From IMG/VR virus record IMGVR_UViG_3300045988_115760: a stretch of DNA of 61,108 bases. The stretch is one strand, 5' to 3'. The stretch is from a virus. Below, piece after piece: positions 49,215 to 57,249 of this stretch. The notes under the pieces were generated by a model, which ran no database searches, had not been told where the DNA came from, and saw only the letters and a program-made list of their open reading frames with translations. The first letter of the stretch is position 1. Every line of letters starts with the position of its first letter. The position numbers were made by a program, and so were the translations under genes.

Positions 49215-49636
49215 GCTTCCAACTCCGAGTTGACGCGGAACCGTTTGCGAATCTCATACTCGCCCGGCTCCAAATACCGGAGGGAGTTGCAGGCTTCCTC
49301 ATACGTGTCATATTCGGGTGAGCAGTGGCTGCGGTCATCCGGCTTTTCAACCACGAAGCAGCTTTCGACATGTGAATCGTCGGGCATCTCACCGGCTTTC
49401 CTCCAAGGGTTTGTCGATGCGTCAGCCGGGTCGTACATCACGGCGATTTCCGGATAGTCCAACACGTGTTTCACTCCGGCATTCCATGCCGGGGCGGCGG
49501 CTTGCCGACATATCTCAGTCAGGGACGCGGCGCACACCGCGTCCGCATCCTCCAGTCGAGGGTCATGCGTCCGCTCGTACTCGGCCTTAATGCCGGCTGC
49601 GAGTAGGCGCTTTACGTCACGGACCGAAAGGCTCAT
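49211..49636 (-). CDS. Hypothetical protein (141 aa; start at MSLSVRD)
   Basis: ATGA overlap with the upstream gene. Confidence 0.5.
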   Translation of the reverse strand: MSLSVRDVKRLLAAGIKAEYERTHDPRLEDADAVCAASLTEICRQAAAPAWNAGVKHVLDYPEIAVMYDPADASTNPWRKAGEMPDDSHVESCFVVEKPDDRSHCSPEYDTYEEACNSLRYLEPGEYEIRKRFRVNSELEA

Positions 49637-50223
49637 GCTTCCACCGCCTTGACCGGGCGGAACGGAGCAGCAGACCAAGCCCAAGCGCAATCAGCGGGAA
49701 TCCACGGTCTGTCGAAGTTCCATTTTCCGGTATCGATACGGATACACTGGATGCTTCCACCCTTGAACATCCACGTGTTATCGTCCTTGTCCAACCACAG
49801 GCCAGGCTCGTCGGGCAGTCTCAGCTTCAGACGGAGAGCGTAGGCGAATGACTTAGAGCCAATCCACTCTCTCACCTCACCCTCGATGCTGACTACGAAA
49901 ACGGGACGCCCACGCCTCGGATCAACGCACCGGATGTCATAGCGGTTGCCGCTCTTGGCGACAAAGATATCGCCCGCGTGCACGTCCTCGATGTTGTCGA
50001 TACGCTCGTACTTGGGGTCATCCACCAATTCGATAGACTCGATGTCGGCTGTCGGGACGAACAGGGCATCGCCCATTCCTAGGGTGAGAAAGTCAGCGCT
50101 CTTAATATCGCCGTTTTCGTCAGCTACGCCGGTTGCTACGTCCCCGTTCTTGAACGTGACCTTGATATGTAGTCCGGCCATCTCCTTGCAGGTCTTTCCT
50201 TCCCAGAATGGTTTCTCACTCAT
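49633..50223 (-). CDS. Hypothetical protein (196 aa)
   Basis: Intact ORF. Confidence 0.55.
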   Translation of the reverse strand: MSEKPFWEGKTCKEMAGLHIKVTFKNGDVATGVADENGDIKSADFLTLGMGDALFVPTADIESIELVDDPKYERIDNIEDVHAGDIFVAKSGNRYDIRCVDPRRGRPVFVVSIEGEVREWIGSKSFAYALRLKLRLPDEPGLWLDKDDNTWMFKGGSIQCIRIDTGKWNFDRPWIPADCAWAWSAAPFRPVKAVEA

Positions 50224-50662
50224 TGATAGCCTCCTTGGCTAGTTGTCGTTTACGTTTCCGCTTCGCCTCATACTGGGCGTATTTCTCGGGATGCTCCGAC
50301 CTCCAACGGCGATGGTATTCAGCCATCTCACGCTGATGGGCGGCGGCATACTTACGAGCCGAAGCCCGAGCCTGAGCCAAATGCTCCGACCGGTACCGGC
50401 GTGCATACTCATTGCGTTTCTCACGATTACGAGCGTTCCGCTGATTCGCCAGATCACGCAGATGCTGCGCATACTCGGGGTCGGTTCGACGCCGTTCCCT
50501 GACACGACAGTTCCGGCACATGCCATCCTTGCCGACCCGGCACATGCCACCGCACCAATCGCATTTCGGATGACGTTCAGTTATCAGGCCGGACAGTTCG
50601 CCGCCGTTCCGGCAATAGTCGATGAACTCCTCATCGGTCATGTCATCAACGTTCACAGCCAC
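50216..50662 (-). CDS. Hypothetical zinc-ribbon / basic-repeat protein (148 aa, GTG start)
   Basis: CDWCGG...CRNC, followed by an Arg/Glu/Ala/His-rich helical repeat. Confidence 0.5.
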   Translation of the reverse strand: MAVNVDDMTDEEFIDYCRNGGELSGLITERHPKCDWCGGMCRVGKDGMCRNCRVRERRRTDPEYAQHLRDLANQRNARNREKRNEYARRYRSEHLAQARASARKYAAAHQREMAEYHRRWRSEHPEKYAQYEAKRKRKRQLAKEAINE

Positions 50663-50759
50663 ACCTCCCCATTAGTGAACCTGCGGAACAACACAGGGTC
50701 GAGCTTGTACAACGCCCGCTGAAACTGCGGGTCACGGCAGAACAGGATGAACAACAGGC

Positions 50760-51122
50760 TTACTGCTTCGGCGGTTCGCATCGCGTCCAACCTCCCTTAT
50801 CGTCCAGAAGCACCCAACCATGTTGGGCGGTGAGAATCGGCACCAGTTCGGGGTGATCGTTGAAACCGCTCACGATGTACCCCAAGCTCATGGCCTCACG
50901 CGGATGGGCGTGAATCCACCCATGACATCCCGTATCGCCACTCCCACACGCCAAGATGAGGTTCGACGCCTCATGCAGTCCCGGCCACTTGTGTGACCGG
51001 AGTCTGCGATGATGCCGGCTGAAACCGCTCCAATGGAATGGTTTGCCGCAGCGGACGCACCGGTATTGGTCGCGTGCGTCCACCAAATCCTTGACGTGTT
51101 GGGACGGGTTAGATCTGCCCAT
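50760..51122 (-). CDS. HNH endonuclease (second copy, 120 aa)
   Basis: CVRCG...HHRR...NLILAC...CHGWIH. Confidence 0.72.
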   Translation of the reverse strand: MGRSNPSQHVKDLVDARDQYRCVRCGKPFHWSGFSRHHRRLRSHKWPGLHEASNLILACGSGDTGCHGWIHAHPREAMSLGYIVSGFNDHPELVPILTAQHGWVLLDDKGGWTRCEPPKQ

Positions 51123-51603
51123 TTCCGTATTCGTCCTGGGGTTGGCTCCACGGGTCCGTAGGCTGCTGATACTGCTGTTGCGGTTGCTGGAATCCCTGTT
51201 GCGGCTGCTGGAATCCTTGCTGATACTGCTGCTGCGACTGTTGGAAACCAGACTGCTGGGCCTTGGGTTTCGCGCTCAACACCGCAATGGTGCGGGCCGC
51301 GACATCCCAATTCTCATACCGTTTCCCATCCTTTTCCGACACTCTTTTGGACAAGCTGCCGTTCACAAGAACCTTCACGCTCATGTTCGGCTGGGACTTC
51401 AACTGGCGAACCTGATTCAAAGCATCCTTCGCCTGATTCGACAAGGGACGCACACCATAGAACTGAGGCTCCTTGTCAACCCACTGGTTCGTGTTCTTAT
51501 CCGTGTAACCCGGATGGACGCTGACGTTGAGAATACTGGAATCCTGAAAATCCTTGATCTCTCCCGCATATCCGGTAAACTCGATGCTTGGTTCTCCGGC
51601 CAT
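51109..51603 (-). CDS. ssb: Single-stranded DNA-binding protein (164 aa; start at MAGEPS)
   Basis: OB-fold-like N-terminal part, Gln/Pro-rich linker, acidic tip DEYGNGQI. Confidence 0.75.
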   Translation of the reverse strand: MAGEPSIEFTGYAGEIKDFQDSSILNVSVHPGYTDKNTNQWVDKEPQFYGVRPLSNQAKDALNQVRQLKSQPNMSVKVLVNGSLSKRVSEKDGKRYENWDVAARTIAVLSAKPKAQQSGFQQSQQQYQQGFQQPQQGFQQPQQQYQQPTDPWSQPQDEYGNGQI

Positions 51604-51791
51604 TACGCATTCCTCCTGTAATTGTTCGTCTTGTGTTTCTCCATGGCCAGCCTGTTGCAGACCAGCATGTGTGATTGGGCTCCGGCGCAATCAACGGCGC
51701 CGCATGTGGGGCATTGGGGGAGCGTGATCTTGTCCCCGTGAGCCCACAGGCATCTGGTGCACTTGCAGCCAGGTTTCGGTGTGAAGCTCAC
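51603..51791 (-). CDS. Small Cys-rich protein (62 aa)
   Basis: CKCTRC...CPTCG...C. Confidence 0.45.
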   Translation of the reverse strand: MSFTPKPGCKCTRCLWAHGDKITLPQCPTCGAVDCAGAQSHMLVCNRLAMEKHKTNNYRRNA

Positions 51792-52330
51792 TGGAGGGCA
51801 GGCTCCTTCTCCTTGTTGCGGTTGTACGATTCGATGAATGTGGCCGCGTCCGATTCAGACAGTTTCCCGTAGACCACGTTGCGTTGCAGCACGCTGCTGA
51901 TGAAACCGTTCTCCTGACCATCGGGAATACGCATGGTTTGGAGAATCCGGTCAATCGTCTGCTGCTGCTCGTCGGTCATGCCCTTGGTGGAACGCTTCTT
52001 GTAGCCGCTGGTCTCACCGTCATCATCCGTGGTCGCCAGTCCGAACGCGCCGCAAGTGCTGTAGCGTCGCGCATACGTCAACGCGGAACCGAGGGCCTGC
52101 ATGACGCTCATACCACGCGAATCTCCCACCTCTACGGGGATAAGGCAATTACTGGCAATCCACTTGTCCGTGCCCTTCTTCTTGACGGCCGTATCCACAT
52201 ACAGGCGTCCGTCAATCAACTGGGTCGGCCATTGCAGCTCGTAGCCTTGCTCGTCCACATAGTTCACGACCTGAGCCAGGGTCGCATACGTGCCACGCCC
52301 GCCCTTAGCGTCCTTCTTGATTACCGCCAT
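51788..52330 (-). CDS. erf: ERF-family single-strand annealing protein (start at MAVIKKD)
   Basis: QALGSALTYARRYS motif typical of Erf. Confidence 0.72.
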   Translation of the reverse strand: MAVIKKDAKGGRGTYATLAQVVNYVDEQGYELQWPTQLIDGRLYVDTAVKKKGTDKWIASNCLIPVEVGDSRGMSVMQALGSALTYARRYSTCGAFGLATTDDDGETSGYKKRSTKGMTDEQQQTIDRILQTMRIPDGQENGFISSVLQRNVVYGKLSESDAATFIESYNRNKEKEPALQ

Positions 52331-53172
52331 GATTCGATTTCCTCCTCTTCCTGAACCAATCTCCAATCGGGGAACGCGATCTCCTGCGGCACCTTCGACA
52401 GCCCGTAGCCACGCATCGCCTCCAACGGGTCGGGATACAGGTCACGGAACGACTTGATCTGCTTCAACGCCTTACAGATTTTCGGTTCCGCCAGTTCGGT
52501 GATGATGGGCGAATGCTCGTCAAACCGCCACACCCTCCAATCGAACGGCGGATTCTTCTCCTGCACGACGAACTCGAAACCCAACGGCCCCTCATATTCG
52601 GGCATCGTCAACCGGTAGAGACGCATGTAGAACGCGGCCTGAATGTGATACCCGTACTGCCAGCAGGAACGCTCGAACTCGTCCGGCGACTTCACCGTGG
52701 TCTTGTAATCACGGATACGCAGCACACCATCCGGGTCGGGAGTGGACGGCAACCAGTCCGCCTTGCCCTTAATCAACAACCCGGTATCAGGGTCGGCGGC
52801 GATCATCGCCACCTCCGGCTGACCATCCAGCTTCGTGAAAAAGTCTCCAACCATGTCCCGCATGGCCTGAACCTTCTCCACATCATCGGCGGACAGCCAC
52901 ACGATGTCATCCGCACCATACTGTTCGACCAGCCTGTCACGAAGAGCCTTGCCCTCCTTGGTACGCAGATTCGGTTTAGCCACAACCTGCGGGCCACTAC
53001 CCAAAACCATGCTGTGAGCCGCCTTGCCGAACTCCAACGCCGAAGAATACTTATGCTCACCGGTCAGGTAATCCGAATACGCCAACGGGCTTACCAGCAT
53101 TTTCTTCAACGAAGTCTGGTCCACCGCGTCCAACGCGAAGTAATCGTCATCGGTCATCTGCTCGACGGTCAT
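52321..53172 (-). CDS. PD-(D/E)XK exonuclease (RecE/Cas4-like), 283 aa
   Basis: GKADW...IRDYKT...YGYHIQAAFY motif set; lies upstream of erf. Confidence 0.78.
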   Translation of the reverse strand: MTVEQMTDDDYFALDAVDQTSLKKMLVSPLAYSDYLTGEHKYSSALEFGKAAHSMVLGSGPQVVAKPNLRTKEGKALRDRLVEQYGADDIVWLSADDVEKVQAMRDMVGDFFTKLDGQPEVAMIAADPDTGLLIKGKADWLPSTPDPDGVLRIRDYKTTVKSPDEFERSCWQYGYHIQAAFYMRLYRLTMPEYEGPLGFEFVVQEKNPPFDWRVWRFDEHSPIITELAEPKICKALKQIKSFRDLYPDPLEAMRGYGLSKVPQEIAFPDWRLVQEEEEIESWR

Positions 53173-53336
53173 TGCCCCTCCTTTCTTGCTTTGAGTGCTT
53201 CCTTGCCTAAAACCTTGATGGTGTCGGCCACCGAGTCGAGAAAATCGTCAACGTCCTCCACGTCGTAGACCTCTCCGTAAAGCAGGGAACGATACGTGCG
53301 GAACTTTCTATGCCGGACATCATTCGGGGTCAACAT
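53169..53336 (-). CDS. Small DivIVA-domain protein (55 aa)
   Basis: MLTPNDVRHRKFRTYRSLLYGEVYDVEDVDDFLDSV matches the DivIVA N-terminal pattern; shorter than the track cutoff. Confidence 0.5.
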   Translation of the reverse strand: MLTPNDVRHRKFRTYRSLLYGEVYDVEDVDDFLDSVADTIKVLGKEALKARKEGQ

Positions 53337-53598
53337 GAGAACCCCTCGACTGCATGGACAATTGTTCCTCTCGTTCCATCAGGTGACTGTGACGCCAAGT
53401 ACGCGACTTGCCCTGCTTGTGAGATGCCTCCGCATAATCGGCCACATGGTCACGGCCAACGTCTCCCACGACCTTCGATGCCTCGTTCCAATCCGAGTAC
53501 ACGCGATCGTTCACGGCCACATACTTGTCCGCGAGATAACGGACGCAATCACCGAGATAACGGATGGCTTTGGCGATGGAGTTGAAATCAGATGCCAT
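53320..53598 (-). CDS. Hypothetical protein (92 aa; start at MASDFNS)
   Basis: First gene of the early operon after the moron. Confidence 0.45.
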   Translation of the reverse strand: MASDFNSIAKAIRYLGDCVRYLADKYVAVNDRVYSDWNEASKVVGDVGRDHVADYAEASHKQGKSRTWRHSHLMEREEQLSMQSRGSHVDPE

Positions 53599-53772
53599 CA
53601 GTCGGCGTCCTCCATGTTGAGTAGTCCCATACGGTCGAATGGGGTGAGTTCCATGATTGTTTCCCTCCACTGGGCTTGATTATTTGGTTGTCCTTCTACG
53701 CCGGTGCTGACACGTCCGAAACCCTTGTTTTGCTGGTTTCGACGCAGGACGCGAAGGGGTTAAATTTTCTGA

Positions 53773-53860
53773 GCGCCAAGCCGGGAGTCGAACCCGGTGC
53801 ACCTTGGAGAAGTCCATGACCATTGGAAGGCTTCGTAGGTGCGGCACCATGCGCTTGGCT
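53773..53860 (-). ncRNA. Aberrant tRNA-like element C (possible degenerate class-II tRNA; candidate anticodon GGT)
   Basis: Perfect T arm ccggg-ttcgact-cccgg; acceptor agccaag/cttggcg with an A-G mismatch at 1-72; 4-bp anticodon-like stem tcca-atGGTca-tgga; D region irregular. Confidence 0.4.
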
Positions 53861-53907
53861 GCCACCGGACGAGGAAGTAAAGGAATAAAGAACCCCGCCC
53901 GGAAGAA

Positions 53908-54807
53908 TCATTTGGGTTGGATGAGGGTGTTGGAGCCCTCGGGTGTGACGATCAGCTGGTCGGCATTCTGCAGGGCGTCGATGTAATGCTGCCGGAGCAC
54001 GTTGTCGGTCAGGGAATCGTTCAGCACCTTGTTGGCGTCGGCCTCGCCCTGCGCCTTGATACGTTTGGTCTCGGCCTTGGTCTTCTCGACCTCCTGCTCG
54101 TTCAACGCCTTCTGCTTGTCGATCTCGGCGGCCTGCGCCTCCGCGTACTTCGAGGTGATGGACTTCGGGTAGCGGACCTCCTGCACCGACACCTGTTCGA
54201 CGCGCAATCCCATGTCCTTCCATTTCGCGGTCAGGGTCTTCTGAATGGCGGCGGTGTACTTGCTGCGGTCGGTCAACAATTGGATGGTGTCGAACCTGCC
54301 GGAGACCTCGCGTGGCACGCTGCGCACGTCCACCGCCGCCACCGATTTCACGAACGTGGTCTGCTTGCCGTAGTCCTTGTACAGGTCCATCGCGTACTTC
54401 GGGTCGAGCGAATAGTTGACCTGGATGTCGATGTCCGCCTGCGCGCCGTTCTTGTCGTTGACGGTGACCTGCGGGCCCCGTGCGGAGCCGCCGTCGTAGT
54501 CCTCCTTGCCCTTGGCCACGTAGCTGATGACGTTGTTGCGGGTGTCGTATTTCACGGTGGACTGCCACGGGAGCTTGCCGTGGAAGCCCGCGTCGGCGGA
54601 ATAGCCGGCGATGGAGCCTCCCATGTTCTTCAACACGACGACCTCGCCCGCATCCTGCGAATACAGGCATGCGGGAATCATCAGCAGACCCGCCACGACG
54701 ATGAAGATAAGGCCGTCGCCCATGCCGTCGCCACCGTTGGCGAGTGCGACGACTATCATGCCGACTCCGATGAGCAGGAGTATTACGGCGAGTATGAACC
54801 AGATCAT
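53908..54807 (-). CDS. SPFH/Band-7 (prohibitin/HflK-like) membrane protein (299 aa; start at MIWFIL)
   Basis: N-terminal TM segments, then an SPFH-type core (VVVLKNMGG...QVNYSLDP...VEQVSVQEVRYP) and a coiled-coil Ala/Glu/Lys tail. Confidence 0.82.
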   Translation of the reverse strand: MIWFILAVILLLIGVGMIVVALANGGDGMGDGLIFIVVAGLLMIPACLYSQDAGEVVVLKNMGGSIAGYSADAGFHGKLPWQSTVKYDTRNNVISYVAKGKEDYDGGSARGPQVTVNDKNGAQADIDIQVNYSLDPKYAMDLYKDYGKQTTFVKSVAAVDVRSVPREVSGRFDTIQLLTDRSKYTAAIQKTLTAKWKDMGLRVEQVSVQEVRYPKSITSKYAEAQAAEIDKQKALNEQEVEKTKAETKRIKAQGEADANKVLNDSLTDNVLRQHYIDALQNADQLIVTPEGSNTLIQPK

Positions 54808-55034
54808 TTTTGTGTTCCTTTCGACAATGCGAACGAGAGCATGACGGGCGAACAGCACATGAAGCCTGCGAGAATGCTCCACGGGCCCGCATAGGGTTGC
54901 AGTGAGAGAATCAGGAACCCGGTCGCCGCCAACGTCAGACAAGTGATTGTCTTCGTGTTCTCATGCCGGTGCCGGCGTTCATCAGGTGAATGCTGCCAGC
55001 CGGAGCAGTGAGCCCCATACGTTTTCCTGTTCAT
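54804..55034 (-). CDS. Small two-TM membrane protein (76 aa) translationally coupled to the SPFH gene
   Basis: ITCLTLAATGFLILSL and WSILAGFMCCSPVMLSFAL; ATGA overlap with the SPFH start. Confidence 0.5.
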   Translation of the reverse strand: MNRKTYGAHCSGWQHSPDERRHRHENTKTITCLTLAATGFLILSLQPYAGPWSILAGFMCCSPVMLSFALSKGTQK

Positions 55035-55051
55035 GACATGTCCTTTCCGCG

Positions 55052-55195
55052 TGGCCGGACTCGGATTCGAACCGAGAACGCCCTTGCCGCCACTGTGCTG
55101 CAATGTTGACCAACTGTGAGAGATGGAGATGACGAGTCCTCTGGTTTTTCCCGGTGGTGGCGGTGCGTGTCCAGACACCCCGAAGGGTTCCGGCC
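55052..55195 (-). ncRNA. tRNA-like element D: 7-bp acceptor-type stem and a perfect T arm enclosing an insert of about 113 nt
   Basis: ggccgga...(insert)...ctcgg-ttcgaat-ccgag-tccggcc-a. Insert has an accc-ttcg-gggt hairpin and the long-range complement ccgccac/gtggcgg. Confidence 0.4.
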
Positions 55196-55283
55196 GATGG
55201 TTGCCGCAGTAGATCGCAGTATGGTATTTATTTGCCTGTAGTCGATAGGTGGATAAAAAAACGACCCACTGCGGCAAGACTTG

Positions 55284-55499
55284 TTATTCCTCGTTCATCT
55301 CGTCGGCGCGATCAGCCAACTCCTCCAAGGCGCCGGCGATGAAACGAGCCTGACTCGGGGTGAGGGGACGGTTACCGTAATCGGTGCTGATTTTCGCGTC
55401 GATTAGACCTTTGTCGGTGACGTTGCCGGTGAAGTATTCGCGGGTGCGACGCTCCTCGACAACGAGCTTCTGGGAGAGATTACGATTCTGATTGCACAT
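55284..55499 (-). CDS. Hypothetical protein (71 aa)
   Basis: Intact ORF; acidic C-terminus. Confidence 0.5.
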   Translation of the reverse strand: MCNQNRNLSQKLVVEERRTREYFTGNVTDKGLIDAKISTDYGNRPLTPSQARFIAGALEELADRADEMNEE

Positions 55500-55602
55500 T
55501 GTTTTCTCGATTCATGAAAGGAGGTGAATATGGGGTATTGGAGTAGGCCCGTGCTGGTCGGCCGTCGCGAATGGCGGTTGGTCAACGTGAGCGGAAAGCC
55601 GC

Positions 55603-55794
55603 TCACCGTGGAAAGCCGTCAAATCGTTCGATGGGGTATCTAAGCCGTTCCTCGTGGTGGAAGGTGGACCACATCAGACGATTCCGGACGGTGAGGCCAT
55701 TCTGGTCAAGTTCAGGGCCACGAACCTGCGGAACTCGTTCACTGGTTTGATTCTGTCGGGCGTAGACGGGGCAGGACTTCCGTGGACGGTTCAA
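55603..55794 (-). CDS. Possible small basic protein (63 aa, TTG start); competes with an antisense ORF
   Basis: TTGA overlap with the upstream gene; composition ambiguous. Confidence 0.3.
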   Translation of the reverse strand: MNRPRKSCPVYARQNQTSERVPQVRGPELDQNGLTVRNRLMWSTFHHEERLRYPIERFDGFPR

Positions 55795-56111
55795 TATCCG
55801 GTACGTTCCTGAACGCCCCCGGTTTGAACCATGTCCAACCAGTCCAGCAGTCGCTGGTTGTCGAGGAACCGTACACAGCCGAAGGTGGCATACGCCGCGT
55901 TCCCGTGGTCCAGGTCGATAACCAGCGGCACGTCTTGGCTGGAAGCCAGTATCGACGGGTCGATGTTTAGGAGTTTCCCAATCGCGGTTGCATTGGATAG
56001 GCCGTCCCCGGTGATTTCCAATGTTTCGACGGTTCCGTCTTCAATCAGCGTTTTCAGCCCGTGAATGATCAGGGGAGGGGAAGGGCCGTTGAGGTCAAGC
56101 TGCATCTTCAT
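55791..56111 (-). CDS. Hypothetical protein (106 aa)
   Basis: ATGA overlap with the cro-like gene. Confidence 0.5.
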   Translation of the reverse strand: MKMQLDLNGPSPPLIIHGLKTLIEDGTVETLEITGDGLSNATAIGKLLNIDPSILASSQDVPLVIDLDHGNAAYATFGCVRFLDNQRLLDWLDMVQTGGVQERTGY

Positions 56112-56377
56112 GCCGTTACCTCCAAATCAGGAGACTCGATCTTGAAGAACCGCTCCTGCATGTCCATTGGGATGGTGAGCAGTTCCTCGAAGCTGATCCC
56201 GAGGATTTCTGTTATTCGGTCAATCTCGATGACGTTGAAGGCCGGGGTTCCCTTGAGTCGGCGGGATAGCTTGCTCACGTCCCAGTCGAGTTTCGATGCC
56301 ATCCACCTAAGGCTTTTGTTCCTGATGAAGAGCTGGTATCGAAGTCCGGCTGCTGTAAGTTTCTGTGTGCTGCTCAT
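56108..56377 (-). CDS. Cro-like XRE-family HTH regulator (89 aa)
   Basis: Divergent from the CI-like gene; HTH segment LRWMASKLDWDVSKLSRRLKG. Confidence 0.68.
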   Translation of the reverse strand: MSSTQKLTAAGLRYQLFIRNKSLRWMASKLDWDVSKLSRRLKGTPAFNVIEIDRITEILGISFEELLTIPMDMQERFFKIESPDLEVTA

Positions 56378-56386
56378 ATTTTATAA

Positions 56387-56440
56387 CTTAGCATATGCCA
56401 AGTTTCTGTCAAGACTAGACACGCCGTATCGCATATGCTA
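56387..56440. promoter_or_regulatory. Genetic-switch operators: 11-bp inverted copies ttagcatatgc (56387..56397) and gcatatgctaa (56430..56440), each containing the palindrome gcatatgc
   Basis: Read directly in the 73-bp divergent intergenic region. Confidence 0.65.
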
Positions 56441-56450
56441 AGATTCAACT

Positions 56451-56846
56451 ATGGCTAATCCAAAGGATTTCCGTGAAATGTCAGATTTTGCCTTAGCGTT
56501 TGCGGAAGAATATAAGAAGTATATGAAGGCGCACAAGGTGCGTCAGCGCGCTATTGCTGATTACCTTGGTCTCACCGAAGCTTACGTCTCTGAACGAGTC
56601 AACGGTAAAAGAGCGTTGGATACAAACGATATTGACGCACTGGCTGTACTCTCGGACACTACAGGCCGTTCCCTGATGATCGAATTGGCACGTTTGGCCA
56701 GAGAGACGCTGCACGGTCAGTCGGAGACCGCTTCTGTCGCCTCCCAGCTTGAAAAGGTCATGGGCAGGGAGATCGAGGTCGAGAAAGCGGCCTACAGGGA
56801 TGAGAACAAAAAAGCGGAGTCTGGTCGCGGTGAAGACTTGGACTGA
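56451..56846 (+). CDS. CI-like XRE-family repressor (ImmR-type), 131 aa
   Basis: HTH segment QRAIADYLGLTEAYVSERVNGKR; followed by an ImmA-type protease gene. Confidence 0.78.
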   Translation: MANPKDFREMSDFALAFAEEYKKYMKAHKVRQRAIADYLGLTEAYVSERVNGKRALDTNDIDALAVLSDTTGRSLMIELARLARETLHGQSETASVASQLEKVMGREIEVEKAAYRDENKKAESGRGEDLD

Positions 56847-57234
56847 CCTCACCCTTGAGGCGCGTCGCATGGGAGTCCTCATAGAGGATAAGGAGTTCGA
56901 CGGTTCGCAGTGCGGGGAATACGACCCAATGTCGCGCACCGCGTTCATAGACCCCACCATGAGCATGGAGCAGCTGGTGTGCACGTTACAGCATGAGCTT
57001 ATCCATGCCAAGCACTTCGATGACGGACTGCGTTTGCTGAGCCATAAGAAGGAAGAGTGTCTGACGCGCAAGGAGACCGCATTGGCGTTGATAAACCCCG
57101 TGGACTATATGCACGCCGAAGACCTGTACGGGGGAGAACCCTACGCGATGGCACAGGAACTCGGCATCACCGTCAGCGTCCTGCATGACTACCGGCACTG
57201 GCTGCATGACAATATATCTACGCGAGCCGCGTGA
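56830..57234 (+). CDS. immA: ImmA/IrrE-family metalloprotease (anti-repressor protease); GTG start proposed
   Basis: HELIHAKH (HExxH). Overlaps the repressor 3' end. The start could also be the ATG at 56869 or 56749. Confidence 0.78.
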   Translation: MKTWTDLTLEARRMGVLIEDKEFDGSQCGEYDPMSRTAFIDPTMSMEQLVCTLQHELIHAKHFDDGLRLLSHKKEECLTRKETALALINPVDYMHAEDLYGGEPYAMAQELGITVSVLHDYRHWLHDNISTRAA

Positions 57235-57249
57235 TTATTATCCTTCAAA

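Noticed and set aside
51140-51260. Tandem-looking CAG/CAA-rich DNA repeats
   Set aside because: They encode the Gln/Pro-rich flexible linker of the SSB protein (QQGFQQPQQ repeats), an ordinary low-complexity feature of SSB C-terminal regions.
55052-55195. tRNA-like element D as a tmRNA or an intron-containing tRNA
   Set aside because: It is far too short for tmRNA and has no resume codon or tag ORF ending in a stop, and no G3:U70. The insert is not placed in a recognisable anticodon loop, and at about 113 nt it is too small for a group I intron. Kept only as an unclassified tRNA-like RNA.
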